Positions 1-9,778 of a DNA stretch of 64,000 bases are shown here, piece by piece. A program made the position numbers and the translations under genes. The DNA is taken from contig CAZFYQ010000001.1 of the NCBI GenBank assembly GCA_964523905.1, forward strand, positions 121,739 through 185,738, given 5' to 3'. The notes under the pieces are model-generated. The model was given only the letters and a program-made list of their open reading frames with translations. It had not been told where the DNA came from and ran no database searches. Source of the stretch: an uncultured Gammaproteobacteria bacterium (GTDB lineage Bacteria > Patescibacteriota > Microgenomatia > Daviesbacterales > UBA10151). Numbering within the stretch: position 1 is the stretch's first letter; the number at the start of each line of letters is the position of its first letter.

Positions 1-472
1 CTTTAAGCTGCGTAAATCCTTTTTCTACATTATGCTGTCTAGCTTTTTATTTGCCTGTGCTCAGGTGCTTTATAAATTTGGAGTAACAAAGGTTCCTTTT
101 TGGCAAACCTTGCCGTATGAGGGCCTTGGTATTGCTCTGGGAGCCTTAACAGTGTTGTTATACAAAAATAATTGGCAGAATTTTAAAAAACAAACTAAGA
201 AGTTCAAAAGTAGTGTCTATTTGCTAATGGGAATTAACGAATCAGCCTATGTTTTAGCCCGGTATGCAGGATACTTTGCTATCTCTTTAATTTCTGTTAG
301 TTTAGTAAGTGTTTTGGCAGAGACTCAACCGTTGTTTGTTTTATTATTTGGAATCGGCCTGTCGCTATTTTTTCCGCATATTATAAAAGAAGTGCTTAGC
401 AAACAAACTTTGGGTCTTAAATTTTTATCCGTAGTGTTAATTATTGTAGGATCTTATTTCATCTTTTTCTAA
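1..472 (+). CDS. Membrane protein, probably the C-terminal half of an EamA/DMT-family transporter. The reading frame is open to the window edge, so the gene is 5'-partial.
   Basis: No stop between position 2 and the ATG at 32 in the same frame. Several predicted TM helices and a C-terminal EamA-like hydrophobic pattern. No catalytic motifs. Confidence 0.4.
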   Translation, partial: FKLRKSFFYIMLSSFLFACAQVLYKFGVTKVPFWQTLPYEGLGIALGALTVLLYKNNWQNFKKQTKKFKSSVYLLMGINESAYVLARYAGYFAISLISVSLVSVLAETQPLFVLLFGIGLSLFFPHIIKEVLSKQTLGLKFLSVVLIIVGSYFIFF

Positions 473-485
473 AGAGAACGTTAGT

Positions 486-1388
486 TCATTTTCTTTTAAT
501 AGTATATTTTTTTAGAAAGAAATTAGGTCCATAAGACATTTTTGATTGTCTTAAGCCCTCAATGCCCAGATCCTGCTCATGACTTAAATATTTACAACCC
601 TTCTCATGGAGATAAACTGCGGTGATATGTCTTAAATAGGGGTAGATGCCCTGAAAAGCAGTATCACCTTTCTCAAATAAGTTCATGGCATAACCATTTT
701 TTAATACTTCATTTACTGAAAAACCGATTAATTTTCCTTCATGATAAATTCCAATACAGAGCATGTCTAAGTGCTCGGCAAACTTAAATAACTTTTTTAT
801 AGCTGACAATTCATTTTCTACTTCTGATTGATCTTTACTCTTTAATTTCATCCAGGTCTCAAATAGATTGACCATCTCGTTTTGTACGACAATCTCTCTA
901 ATATCTATTATTTGGCTTGTAGTTTTGTAAAGTTTTTTAAATCTATTCACAAAATTTCTTTTGCCGCGGTGTTTTTTTCCCTGAAAAGTTAATGCCTCTT
1001 CTATCAGATAAATGTAATCAAAATTATCCCGGTCTTCTAAAACATCAAAATGGTTTAATAAGTCCGGATCAGCTTTTAAAGCTACTTCAGGAATTAATTT
1101 TAATCTTAGCTGAACACCGTCCTTATCAGACTGTTCCAATAGAGTTTTAATAGTATCTTTAACCTTGTTAATTCCGATGAAGGTATAAAACGGTTCGCTG
1201 GTAATATAATCTCTAAATTTAATAACTAGGTTACCATCTAAGGTTGAAATGTAGGTTTCTTCATCACCCCAACTCCAAAGGGAAGTGAAGTTAAAATCTG
1301 AATATGGTGGAAATTCAGAAATATATTCTTCGATATGATTTTTATCTTCTATAGAAAGTTTTTTAAACTCTGGAAAGGTAGGTAGCAT
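486..1388 (-). CDS. Possible DUF2156 / MprF-C-terminal-like (GNAT-fold, tRNA-dependent aminoacyl-transferase-like) protein
   Basis: Soluble protein of 300 aa. Its length and composition resemble stand-alone lysyl-PG synthase C-terminal domain proteins. The assignment rests on recall of the family and was not searched. Confidence 0.3.
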   Translation of the reverse strand: MLPTFPEFKKLSIEDKNHIEEYISEFPPYSDFNFTSLWSWGDEETYISTLDGNLVIKFRDYITSEPFYTFIGINKVKDTIKTLLEQSDKDGVQLRLKLIPEVALKADPDLLNHFDVLEDRDNFDYIYLIEEALTFQGKKHRGKRNFVNRFKKLYKTTSQIIDIREIVVQNEMVNLFETWMKLKSKDQSEVENELSAIKKLFKFAEHLDMLCIGIYHEGKLIGFSVNEVLKNGYAMNLFEKGDTAFQGIYPYLRHITAVYLHEKGCKYLSHEQDLGIEGLRQSKMSYGPNFFLKKYTIKRK

Positions 1389-1446
1389 AATTAGTTATTA
1401 TATACTTTAAGTTGACTTTAAAATCCAATAGTGTTTTACTGAAGGT

Positions 1447-2265
1447 ATGCATGTAGATACTATTAAAAAAGATTGGGCGGCTAGGGTAGTCGCCATTTTT
1501 TTCCTGTTACAAACTATTTGGTGGATAAGCATTTTTGTTTCAGGGCTTAAAGAAACTTCACAAAATTATCTATTTGCCGCTACTTATGGGTTGATTTGTA
1601 TTTGGGGAGCAGGATGGGGATTTATTATCTCCAAAAAATGGGGGGGTTTTTCCTCGGTTTTGGGTAGATCACTGATCTTTTTATCTTTAGGTCTGCTAGC
1701 CCAGGAGTTTGGGCAATTAGTTTTCAGTTATTATAATGTTTTTCTTCATGTTGAAGTACCTTATCCCTCAGTAGCAGACATTGGTTTTTTTGGAACAATT
1801 CCTTTTTACATCTATGGGATTTGGTTAATGGCTAGAGCATCGGGGGCTAGATTTTCTTTAAAAAGTTTAGGAAATCAAATTCAGGCATTCTTAATTCCGG
1901 CTGTGATATTAACTGCTTCTTACTTATTCTTTCTTAAAGATTATACCTTTGACTATAGTCATCCTTTACAGATCTTTTTAGATTTTGGATACCCCCTGGG
2001 AGAAGCTTTTTATGTATCTCTGGCGATATTAACTTATACACTATCAAGAAATTTGTTAGGTGGGATCATGAAAAGTAAAGTTCTATTTATTGTAGCTGCC
2101 TTTGCAGCTCAATATACTGCTGAGTTTAATTTTCTTTATCAAAATAGTAAAGGTACCTGGATTAATGGGGGATATGGAGACTATTTATACTTTTTATCAT
2201 ATACAATTATGGTACTGGGAATTATCCAGTTTGGTCATGTTGAAACTCAGCTAAGATCTGAGTAA
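1447..2265 (+). CDS. Polytopic membrane protein of unknown function
   Basis: ORF of 272 aa with 7-8 hydrophobic segments. The start lies at a plausible distance from the divergent upstream gene. Confidence 0.45.
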   Translation: MHVDTIKKDWAARVVAIFFLLQTIWWISIFVSGLKETSQNYLFAATYGLICIWGAGWGFIISKKWGGFSSVLGRSLIFLSLGLLAQEFGQLVFSYYNVFLHVEVPYPSVADIGFFGTIPFYIYGIWLMARASGARFSLKSLGNQIQAFLIPAVILTASYLFFLKDYTFDYSHPLQIFLDFGYPLGEAFYVSLAILTYTLSRNLLGGIMKSKVLFIVAAFAAQYTAEFNFLYQNSKGTWINGGYGDYLYFLSYTIMVLGIIQFGHVETQLRSE

Positions 2266-2273
2266 TTAAAATT

Positions 2274-2552
2274 ATGGATCCTTATGTAGAGGCGGTTAGC
2301 CGAATAATTAAGGAACAGCAGTCAATTATTGGTCCGATCGCAGTTGATCAGGCTAATAAGGTGACTGGACTTTCGGTTGGAGCAGGAAATGACGTTAAAA
2401 TTTCCGGTGATAAAAAAACCGTTTTAACTAATTTGGTCAATCAATACGCCAAGTTGTTTGGCCAGGCTTCAATTGAAGTATGTAAGGAAGCTATCGAACC
2501 ATTCAGAGATAAAATCGCAGTCACTGATATTCCCGATATTCTTAAAAACTGA
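2274..2552 (+). CDS. Small hypothetical protein (92 aa)
   Basis: Intact ORF immediately downstream of the membrane protein. No recognisable motifs. Confidence 0.35.
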   Translation: MDPYVEAVSRIIKEQQSIIGPIAVDQANKVTGLSVGAGNDVKISGDKKTVLTNLVNQYAKLFGQASIEVCKEAIEPFRDKIAVTDIPDILKN

Positions 2553-2580
2553 CCAAGTCAAACTGTGATATATTTATCTA

Positions 2581-3927
2581 ATGATATCCGAGGATAAGAT
2601 CCAAAGTTATTTAAAACTGCAGCAGTTGGTGCTAGATACTGAAGATAGTACCAAATTGCTGGAACAGTTTCTTCCAGCAGTATTAGGGGATTTAAATTTA
2701 GTGGGTTTTTCTGATATTTTTCTCTCAGCAATTTTTATTAATTCCGCAGGTGGTCTTAAAGAGAGTTTTTTTACTGATCTGGCTAATACCCAAATGGCTC
2801 AGGTAACCAATCCGGACAGTTTCTTTCAAAAAGGTAGTGAATGGGAAATGAAAGTCATGTACGGAGAAGCAGCGGTCATAGCTGATACAACTACTTTTAT
2901 TAACCCGGCTTATCCGGAAATCTCTAAAATTCATTCCTTGCTGGTGTTACCAATCCAACACGCTAAAAAACTTTCCGGCATTTTAATTTTAGCTAGCACA
3001 AAAAATGCCGATCGAATTACTGCTGAAGAAATTGAGTATGGTCAAATGATTACCCGTTTGGTGAATATTTCATTTCGGCTTCAGGATACAGAGTCATCTT
3101 TAACCAAGATTACCCAACAAGTATATGAAATGAATGCAAAGTTATATGAATTAGACAAGCTAAAAGATGATTTTGTCTCGGTTGCCTCTCATGAACTGCG
3201 GACCCCCATGACTGCAATCCGCTCTTATGTCTGGATGGCTTTGCACCGTTCAGATGTGCCGGTTTCCCAAAAAATGGAAAGATACTTATATCGGACCATG
3301 GTTTCCACAGAAAGGCTAATTAATTTGGTTAATGATATGTTAAATGTTTCGCGTATTGAATCAGGACATATTGAAATAACTCCCAAAGCTTTTGATATTG
3401 TGGCATTAGTGAAAGATGTGATGGAGGAAGTTAAAGTTAAAGCAGATGAAAAAAGATTGGGACTAGTGGTATTTGAGCACCGCTTACCTTTGGTATTTGC
3501 TGATCCGGATAAAGTACATCAGGTGCTGCTTAATTTAATCGGTAATTCTCTAAAATTTGCCTATCCCGGAGGTAGTATTACAATTGATTTTTTTAGTGAC
3601 GGAAAAATGATTGAAGTGGCGGTTAAAGATAACGGGGTGGGGATTTCCAAAGAGGATTTGGCAAAATTATTTCATAAATTCGGCAGACTGGATAATTCAT
3701 ATGTATCAATTTCCACCTCTGGTGGAACTGGTCTGGGGCTTTATATTTCTCGAAGCCTAGTAGATTTGATGAAGGGTAAAACTTGGGCTAGTTCTGAGGG
3801 TCGCGATAAAGGTTCTACTTTTACCTTTTCCTTGCCTATTGCCAGCGAGCAGGTGTTACAACATTCTGACAGTTTTAAAGTAGCAGCTAATGGTTCGGCT
3901 AAAACTCTAGAACCGGTTGCAATTTGA
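2581..3927 (+). CDS. Cytoplasmic sensor histidine kinase with a GAF-like N-terminal region, HisKA and HATPase_c
   Basis: H-box 'SHELRTPMTAIRSY'. N and G boxes 'NLIGNSLKF', 'DNGVGI', 'GGTGLGL'. No TM segment. Confidence 0.75.
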   Translation: MISEDKIQSYLKLQQLVLDTEDSTKLLEQFLPAVLGDLNLVGFSDIFLSAIFINSAGGLKESFFTDLANTQMAQVTNPDSFFQKGSEWEMKVMYGEAAVIADTTTFINPAYPEISKIHSLLVLPIQHAKKLSGILILASTKNADRITAEEIEYGQMITRLVNISFRLQDTESSLTKITQQVYEMNAKLYELDKLKDDFVSVASHELRTPMTAIRSYVWMALHRSDVPVSQKMERYLYRTMVSTERLINLVNDMLNVSRIESGHIEITPKAFDIVALVKDVMEEVKVKADEKRLGLVVFEHRLPLVFADPDKVHQVLLNLIGNSLKFAYPGGSITIDFFSDGKMIEVAVKDNGVGISKEDLAKLFHKFGRLDNSYVSISTSGGTGLGLYISRSLVDLMKGKTWASSEGRDKGSTFTFSLPIASEQVLQHSDSFKVAANGSAKTLEPVAI

Positions 3928-3957
3928 GGCTAAATATCCTATAATTGTAACAATAAA

Positions 3958-5034
3958 ATGAATGCACAGGATCTGGAATTTGAGGGTACCGCGAAAAATA
4001 GCACTCTTCAGGAGTGTTCCGATGGTTGGAAACCAATTGCCGGAATCGCTTCTGCTTTTCAACAAACTCAAGTACTGGGAGTAGCAGTTAATCGAGGAAT
4101 ATTCACTGAAATTTCTAGATTTGGCAGAACTGATGCTGAAGCTCTTAGCCATTCTTTAGATCTGGCTGTTAGACCGGTGTCAGCAGTCCTCACTTGTTTA
4201 ACCAGTATGGGGTTAACTCAAAAAGAAGGGGATTTATATGTTAATTCGCCAGCAGCTGATGAATTTTTAGTAAAGCAAAGACCCTATTATTTGGGTGGGT
4301 ATATTAGTTTTGTGATTGATCGTTTATGGGATAAGTGGGGCAGACTTGATCAGGAATTAGAAAAAAGCGGCCAATTTGATCCAGTAAATATGTATGAAGA
4401 ATTTGATAATGATCCGGTTAAAAAAAGAACTTTTTTTGAAGGAATGCATGCTCGGGGTTTATTAACTGGTCAAGTTTTGGTTAGGGCTTTAAACTTTGGA
4501 GATATACTAACACTAAGGAGTGCTCCTTTACTGGATTTAGGAGGTGGCACAGGTGCAGTTAGCCTGCAAATAGCCAGAAGCAATCCTGATCTAAATGTGA
4601 TTGTTTTAGATCGCCCGTCTACCTTGGAGATTACCGAGGAAAAAATTGCTGAGGCTGGTTTAGTAAATCGGGTTTCTGCTAAAGCCGGTGATCTTTTTGA
4701 AGGTCCATTGCCAGAAAATGGTGCCACTATTATTTCCCGGGTGGTCTGTGATTGTACAGAGCAAGAAAGTTTAAGCATCCTGGAAAGAGTTAACAAGGCA
4801 TTGCCACCAGGGGGTATCTGCGTCATTAGCGAGTTAACTTTAAATGATGATAGAACAGGACCGGCCTCTTCCGCATTTGCAGCTTTAAACATGCTACTAG
4901 AAACCCGAGGAGAGGGGACTACTGGTGAAGAATATGTAGACAGACTGAAGTTTGCTGGTTTTACTGATATCAGAAGAATTCCAGTTGATTCTTTGGGGGT
5001 TAATGAGTTGATTATTGGACAAAAAGCTGCTTGA
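3958..5034 (+). CDS. Class I SAM-dependent O-methyltransferase (family-2 OMT-like, with an N-terminal dimerisation region)
   Basis: Motif I 'LLDLGGGTGAVSLQIA', downstream acidic residue 'VLDRP', and a length of 358 aa typical of COMT/CrtF-type OMTs. Confidence 0.6.
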   Translation: MNAQDLEFEGTAKNSTLQECSDGWKPIAGIASAFQQTQVLGVAVNRGIFTEISRFGRTDAEALSHSLDLAVRPVSAVLTCLTSMGLTQKEGDLYVNSPAADEFLVKQRPYYLGGYISFVIDRLWDKWGRLDQELEKSGQFDPVNMYEEFDNDPVKKRTFFEGMHARGLLTGQVLVRALNFGDILTLRSAPLLDLGGGTGAVSLQIARSNPDLNVIVLDRPSTLEITEEKIAEAGLVNRVSAKAGDLFEGPLPENGATIISRVVCDCTEQESLSILERVNKALPPGGICVISELTLNDDRTGPASSAFAALNMLLETRGEGTTGEEYVDRLKFAGFTDIRRIPVDSLGVNELIIGQKAA

Positions 5035-5067
5035 CAAAGTCTTAGGAAAAGAACTACATTAAATTTA

Positions 5068-6090
5068 ATGCTGCCCTTTATTAAAAAAAACCTGCAAAAA
5101 GGTGTTTCGCCAATCTTCATAGTTGTAATACTGGCAGTGGTGGCAATTGCCGGATTTGTTGGCTATAACCAAATTCAGCAAAATTCAAAACCAAAAGTTT
5201 TACCAGTAGTACCTTTAATAACCACCAATAGTACGGGTACTGGTTTAGAAGCCAAAATTATTGAAAAATATGGTTTGGATAAAAAGAATGGTTTTGTTCT
5301 TGATTCCAAGCATTATTTTCCTGGAGATTTAGAAAGAAGAATCGGTGACCGGGAAACTGATATTGGAGATTTTGGACTAATTGCCCTAGGTGCACCTTTG
5401 CAAGGTAAAAAACCTTTGAAAGTATTACTGGCTACCTATCATGCCAATCATTTGATTGTAGTTCCTAATAATTCACCAATTAAAACAGTGGCTGATTTAA
5501 AAGGGAAAACCATTGCCATGCAGCCTAAAGGCGCTGCCGGCTATGTTACTTTTGCCGTAACAATGCGTGAATATGGCATTAATATTGATAAAGACGATAA
5601 ACTGCTTTTTGGTAGTAACCCAGAAATTGTCGACTTTTTAGTTAAAGGTGACGCGGATGCTGCGATCATGTCCCATCCATCAATTACCGCCACATTATTA
5701 ACCGGTAAATACCGGGTGATTGGTAAAATGGAAGACCTCTGGAAAGCTAAAACCGGTCGTTCTCAACCGTTTGTGGTACTGGTAGCTTATGATGATTGGA
5801 TTACCCAACATAAAGATTTAGCTAAGAGTGTAATCGCGGCCTATACAGAAGCAGCTCAATTGATTAAACAACGTCCTGAAGTCTTGACTGAAGACACTGA
5901 CTTTTTAGCTGCCATGGGTGTTAAATCTGATGCAGCCAAAAAGATGATTCAGGACAATTTACAGTCAGATTATTACACGGAGTGGAATGATCAGGTAGCA
6001 GGTGATGTTAAATTCTTATTACAAAAATCAATTGATGCCGGTCTTTTCCCTAAAGATATTAATTTAGACGATGTTATTGCTAAACTATAA
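5068..6090 (+). CDS. Membrane-anchored periplasmic-binding-protein-like protein (NMT1/SsuA/PhnD-like substrate-binding fold)
   Basis: N-terminal TM helix followed by a roughly 300-aa region with an 'ADLKGKTIA' motif typical of SsuA/TauA/NMT1-type SBPs. It sits directly upstream of a sensor kinase. Confidence 0.4.
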   Translation: MLPFIKKNLQKGVSPIFIVVILAVVAIAGFVGYNQIQQNSKPKVLPVVPLITTNSTGTGLEAKIIEKYGLDKKNGFVLDSKHYFPGDLERRIGDRETDIGDFGLIALGAPLQGKKPLKVLLATYHANHLIVVPNNSPIKTVADLKGKTIAMQPKGAAGYVTFAVTMREYGINIDKDDKLLFGSNPEIVDFLVKGDADAAIMSHPSITATLLTGKYRVIGKMEDLWKAKTGRSQPFVVLVAYDDWITQHKDLAKSVIAAYTEAAQLIKQRPEVLTEDTDFLAAMGVKSDAAKKMIQDNLQSDYYTEWNDQVAGDVKFLLQKSIDAGLFPKDINLDDVIAKL

Positions 6091-6099
6091 AATGATTTC

Positions 6100-8160
6100 A
6101 TGTTTGATTCAGAAAAACAGCGTATTTTCCCGCTAGCTTCAAATCCGATCTGGCTAAATCTGGTTGTTGTAATAGCAACCAGTATTTTTTTGGCATCCGT
6201 TGGCTACTTTTTATTGTTACCGGCGATTGATCAGGCTCAAAAAAACGCCATTGATTTCCAGCATGCCTATGCAGTTCATACTAAAGATTTAATCGATCTA
6301 TATGCAAAAAATAAATTAGAAAGTATGAAATTTTTAGGTAGCCAGATTTTAGTTAATCAAAAAGATCCCTCCAGTGTGGATAAATTAGTACAACTGTTTT
6401 TTAACAGCCGGACCGATTTTTTAACAGTAGAAGTATATGATTTAAAGGGTACTCCAATTGTGAATTTAACTAGAGATTCATCTGCTTCTGGTTTCGCAAA
6501 TGTGGTTGCTGTCGACTCAATTTTCTTTTCCAAGGCTTTAAGTGATGATATTTACTTTAGCCCGGTTTATCATACTGATAAAGGGCCGGTAATTAAAGTT
6601 TCGGCACCTTTACAGCAAAATGGACAAACAGAGGCGGTGATGATTAGTGAGATTAATTTAAGTTTGCTGCAGCAAATTGCTAATACTCCGGTAATTGAAA
6701 ATGGTAAAGTTTATATTACTGATCAAAACGGCACTTTAATTGCTGACCCTGATCCTCAAAGAGCCTCTTCCGGTATTGATCTTAAATATCGAGAGATTGT
6801 GCAAAGGTTAGTTAGTGGTGAAGAAGTCATTCCTCAAAGCAGTTACAAAAATGAAAATGGTATAAAAACACTCGCTTCCGGATTAAAGGTACCGGTTACT
6901 GATTGGAATGTGGTGGTAGAACAATCGGAGCAAGAGGCGTTTTCGCAAAAAAATCAGACAATTCTGGCTACTGGGGCTTTTACTTTAGGTAGTTTTGTTT
7001 TGATAGCACTTCTTTTAATAGGAGCAATTAGGTTAAATAGTACTTTAATTAGTTTACGCCATGAAGAAAAAAAGTTATTAGGGGAAAAGGATAAGCTTTC
7101 CCTGACTCTTTCTGCAATTACAGATGGTGTAATTGCTGTTGATTTAAGTAGAAATATTATCATTTTTAATCGGGCAGCAGAGAAATTAACCGGCTACCAT
7201 GTAGGTGAGGTTTTAGGAAAAAATATTGATGATGTTATCAAAGTGTTTGACCGTGGGGAAGGTCAAATACCCAGCTCGGTTTATTGTCCCATTTCGCTAA
7301 ATACTACAGAAGAAGGGATTATTTATTCAAGAAATGATCTTAAAATAATTACTAATACCAAAGAAGCATTTGTTAATATGCTATCCGGTCAAATTAAAGA
7401 AAGTACTGAATCTAATTTAGGTTCTATTTTGACCTTACATAATGTGTCACAAGAAAGACAACTCGAAGAAATGAAACTGGATTTTGTTTCCATGGCTGCC
7501 CATGAGCTGAGAACGCCGTTAACTGCTATTAAAGGTTATGTTTATATTTTTATAAAAGATTACATGAAGCAAATGAATGAAAAACAAGCGACCATGTTAC
7601 AAAGGTTAAGTATTTCTGCGCAAAAATTGTCTACTTTGGTAGAAAATTTACTGAGTATTTCCCGGATTGAAAGCGGATCTTTAACTGTTAATTTACAGCC
7701 TACTGATTGGATTGAAAGTGTAAAAAGTACCATCCTGGAAGTAGAACCGCAAATTAAAGATAAAAAATTAGAATTCACAGCTGATCTGCCACAGTTTTTA
7801 CCTAAGGTGTATGTTGATCCGCTTAGAATTGAAGAGGTTTTATCAAACCTGTTAACCAATGCTGTAAGCTACACGGCACCGGGCGGTAAAGTTAGGGTTT
7901 GGGTAGAACAACAAGGTCAGGAGATTATTACTCATGTTTCAGATACTGGTGAAGGAATACCCGAAGAAGCTTTGCCGCATATTTTTACTAAATTTTTTAG
8001 GGTATCAGGTTCTTTGGAACAGGGATCTAAGGGTACTGGTTTAGGTCTGTATATTGCAAAGTCAATTATTAACATGCATCATGGAAGAGTGTGGGTGCAG
8101 TCAGAGTTTGGAAAGGGATCTACCTTCAGTTTTGCTTTACCCGTTTTCAAGCAAGGATAA
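6100..8160 (+). CDS. Membrane sensor histidine kinase (extracytoplasmic Cache-like domain, TM, PAS, HisKA, HATPase_c)
   Basis: Two TM segments flank a roughly 250-aa extracellular domain. H-box 'AHELRTPLTAIKGY'. G-box 'GTGLGLYIAKSI'. Confidence 0.75.
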   Translation: MFDSEKQRIFPLASNPIWLNLVVVIATSIFLASVGYFLLLPAIDQAQKNAIDFQHAYAVHTKDLIDLYAKNKLESMKFLGSQILVNQKDPSSVDKLVQLFFNSRTDFLTVEVYDLKGTPIVNLTRDSSASGFANVVAVDSIFFSKALSDDIYFSPVYHTDKGPVIKVSAPLQQNGQTEAVMISEINLSLLQQIANTPVIENGKVYITDQNGTLIADPDPQRASSGIDLKYREIVQRLVSGEEVIPQSSYKNENGIKTLASGLKVPVTDWNVVVEQSEQEAFSQKNQTILATGAFTLGSFVLIALLLIGAIRLNSTLISLRHEEKKLLGEKDKLSLTLSAITDGVIAVDLSRNIIIFNRAAEKLTGYHVGEVLGKNIDDVIKVFDRGEGQIPSSVYCPISLNTTEEGIIYSRNDLKIITNTKEAFVNMLSGQIKESTESNLGSILTLHNVSQERQLEEMKLDFVSMAAHELRTPLTAIKGYVYIFIKDYMKQMNEKQATMLQRLSISAQKLSTLVENLLSISRIESGSLTVNLQPTDWIESVKSTILEVEPQIKDKKLEFTADLPQFLPKVYVDPLRIEEVLSNLLTNAVSYTAPGGKVRVWVEQQGQEIITHVSDTGEGIPEEALPHIFTKFFRVSGSLEQGSKGTGLGLYIAKSIINMHHGRVWVQSEFGKGSTFSFALPVFKQG

Positions 8161-8567
8161 TGATGAAGAAGATTTTGCTAGTGGAAGATGAATTTTTCAT
8201 GGCTGATTTGTATAAAAGAATTTTGGAAAAGGGTGGCTTTGAAGTCACTGTAGCAATTAATGGCCTTCAGGGATTTGAATTGGCAAACCAGGGATTTGAC
8301 TTAATTTTATTAGATATTATGTTACCGAAATTAAACGGCTTACAGCTTTTAAAAAAATTAAAAACAGAGCAGCCACTTAACAAAACTCCTGTGGTTTTAC
8401 TTAGTAATTTAGGTCAGGCTAATATAATTAAAGAAGCTTATGAACTGGGAGCTCAGGGATATTTTCTAAAGGTTAGTTTAAAGCCCCAGGAGTTAATTAA
8501 ACAGGTTAATTTGTTTTTACAAGACCCGCAGTATAAGATGGATTTTCACAAATTGGCATTTGACTAA
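8160..8567 (+). CDS. Stand-alone response-regulator receiver (CheY-like) protein
   Basis: 'MMKKILLVEDE', phospho-acceptor 'LILLDIMLP', and conserved K in 'YFLK'. No output domain. The start is taken at an internal ATG overlapping the kinase stop, because the upstream 23 codons overlap the kinase. Confidence 0.7.
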   Translation: MMKKILLVEDEFFMADLYKRILEKGGFEVTVAINGLQGFELANQGFDLILLDIMLPKLNGLQLLKKLKTEQPLNKTPVVLLSNLGQANIIKEAYELGAQGYFLKVSLKPQELIKQVNLFLQDPQYKMDFHKLAFD

Positions 8568-8612
8568 AAAAGTCTTTTCCGCTACGCTATCACTGCTACA
8601 TAAAATATTAAT

Positions 8613-9002
8613 ATGGATAACAAAAAAAGAATTTTAGTCATTGAAGACGATCAATTTTTAAGAGAATTTTATCAGGAATTATTACAAGGTGAGGGTTATG
8701 TGGTGGAAGTTGCTCCTGATGGGGAAATTGGTTTACAACTTTTGCAAAATAACCATTATGATCTTAAGTTGTTAGATATTATGCTTCCCAAAAAAGACGG
8801 GCTACAGGTGTTAAGAGATTTAAAAATTAACCCGGGTAAGTCCAAAGAATCTCCCATTGTAGTGTTAACCAATTTAGGCCAGGATACAATTATTAAACAG
8901 GCCTTTGCACTTGGCGCCTCTGGTTATTTAATTAAATCTGCTCTTAGCCCTGATCAAGTACTTAAAGAAATAGCCAGCTATTTACAAAAAACTGCTCAAT
9001 GA
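8613..9002 (+). CDS. Second stand-alone receiver-domain protein, paralogous to the previous one
   Basis: 'RILVIEDDQ', 'LKLLDIMLPKKDG', 'GYLIKS'. The 129-aa protein is a REC domain only. Confidence 0.7.
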   Translation: MDNKKRILVIEDDQFLREFYQELLQGEGYVVEVAPDGEIGLQLLQNNHYDLKLLDIMLPKKDGLQVLRDLKINPGKSKESPIVVLTNLGQDTIIKQAFALGASGYLIKSALSPDQVLKEIASYLQKTAQ

Positions 9003-9763
9003 CGGATATATCAGTTATCTTCGAAGATAACTCACTTTTAGTTATCAACAAACCTGCCGGACTGGTGGTAGATAAATCCGAGACCCAATCAGAAAACACT
9101 TTAGAAAATTGGCTGGAAGAGCACGGCAATAATCAGCTAGAACGAGCGGGGATAGTACACCGGTTAGATAAAGAAACCTCAGGAGTGATCTTGGTTGCTA
9201 AAACTCAAGCTGCTTTGGAAAATCTACAAGCTCAATTTAAAGAGCGTACTACTAAAAAAGAATACATAACATTAGTCCATGGTGCAGTAGAGGAGTCAGG
9301 AGTGGTGGAGGGAAATATCGGCAGGAATCCTGGTAATCGGGAGAAATTTACGGTACTTAATCAAGGAGATGGGAAGGAAGCTGTAACAGAATACGAGCCA
9401 ATTGAGCGTTTAGCGTTTAGTGAACAGCGTATAGAAGAAATTTTTCCTGATTTTAATAAAATCCAAATGCGCAAACTATACGCTCAACGCTATTTTAACT
9501 ATACGCTTGTGCGGGCTTTGCCCCGCACTGGACGGACTCATCAAATTAGGGTACATTTAAAACATATTGGTCATCCTGTGGTATCTGATGAAAAGTATGT
9601 GGGTAGAAAAATTTATCGCTTGGATAAAAGATGGTGCCCGAGACTTTTTTTGCATGCCCAAAAGCTGGGTTTTAAACACCCAGTAAGCGGGGAGTGGATG
9701 GAGATGGAAGCTAAGTTACCGGAAGACCTAGAAAAAGCATTATCGTCATTGCGAGGAGCGTAG
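8999..9763 (+). CDS. RluA-family 23S rRNA / tRNA pseudouridine synthase
   Basis: Catalytic motif 'HRLDKETSGVILVAK'. The start shares an ATGA overlap with the upstream gene. Confidence 0.8.
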   Translation: MTDISVIFEDNSLLVINKPAGLVVDKSETQSENTLENWLEEHGNNQLERAGIVHRLDKETSGVILVAKTQAALENLQAQFKERTTKKEYITLVHGAVEESGVVEGNIGRNPGNREKFTVLNQGDGKEAVTEYEPIERLAFSEQRIEEIFPDFNKIQMRKLYAQRYFNYTLVRALPRTGRTHQIRVHLKHIGHPVVSDEKYVGRKIYRLDKRWCPRLFLHAQKLGFKHPVSGEWMEMEAKLPEDLEKALSSLRGA

Positions 9764-9778
9764 CGACGAAGCAATCTT

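Noticed and set aside
8091-8159. N-terminal 23-codon extension of the first receiver protein
   Set aside because: It overlaps the 3' end of the histidine kinase and is hydrophobic and atypical. The REC domain begins at the ATG at 8160, which overlaps the kinase stop.
9743-9778. Weak hairpin TCGTC-N17-GACGA after rluA as a terminator
   Set aside because: The stem is 5 bp with a 17-nt loop and no T-run. The next gene starts 15 nt later, which points to operon read-through.
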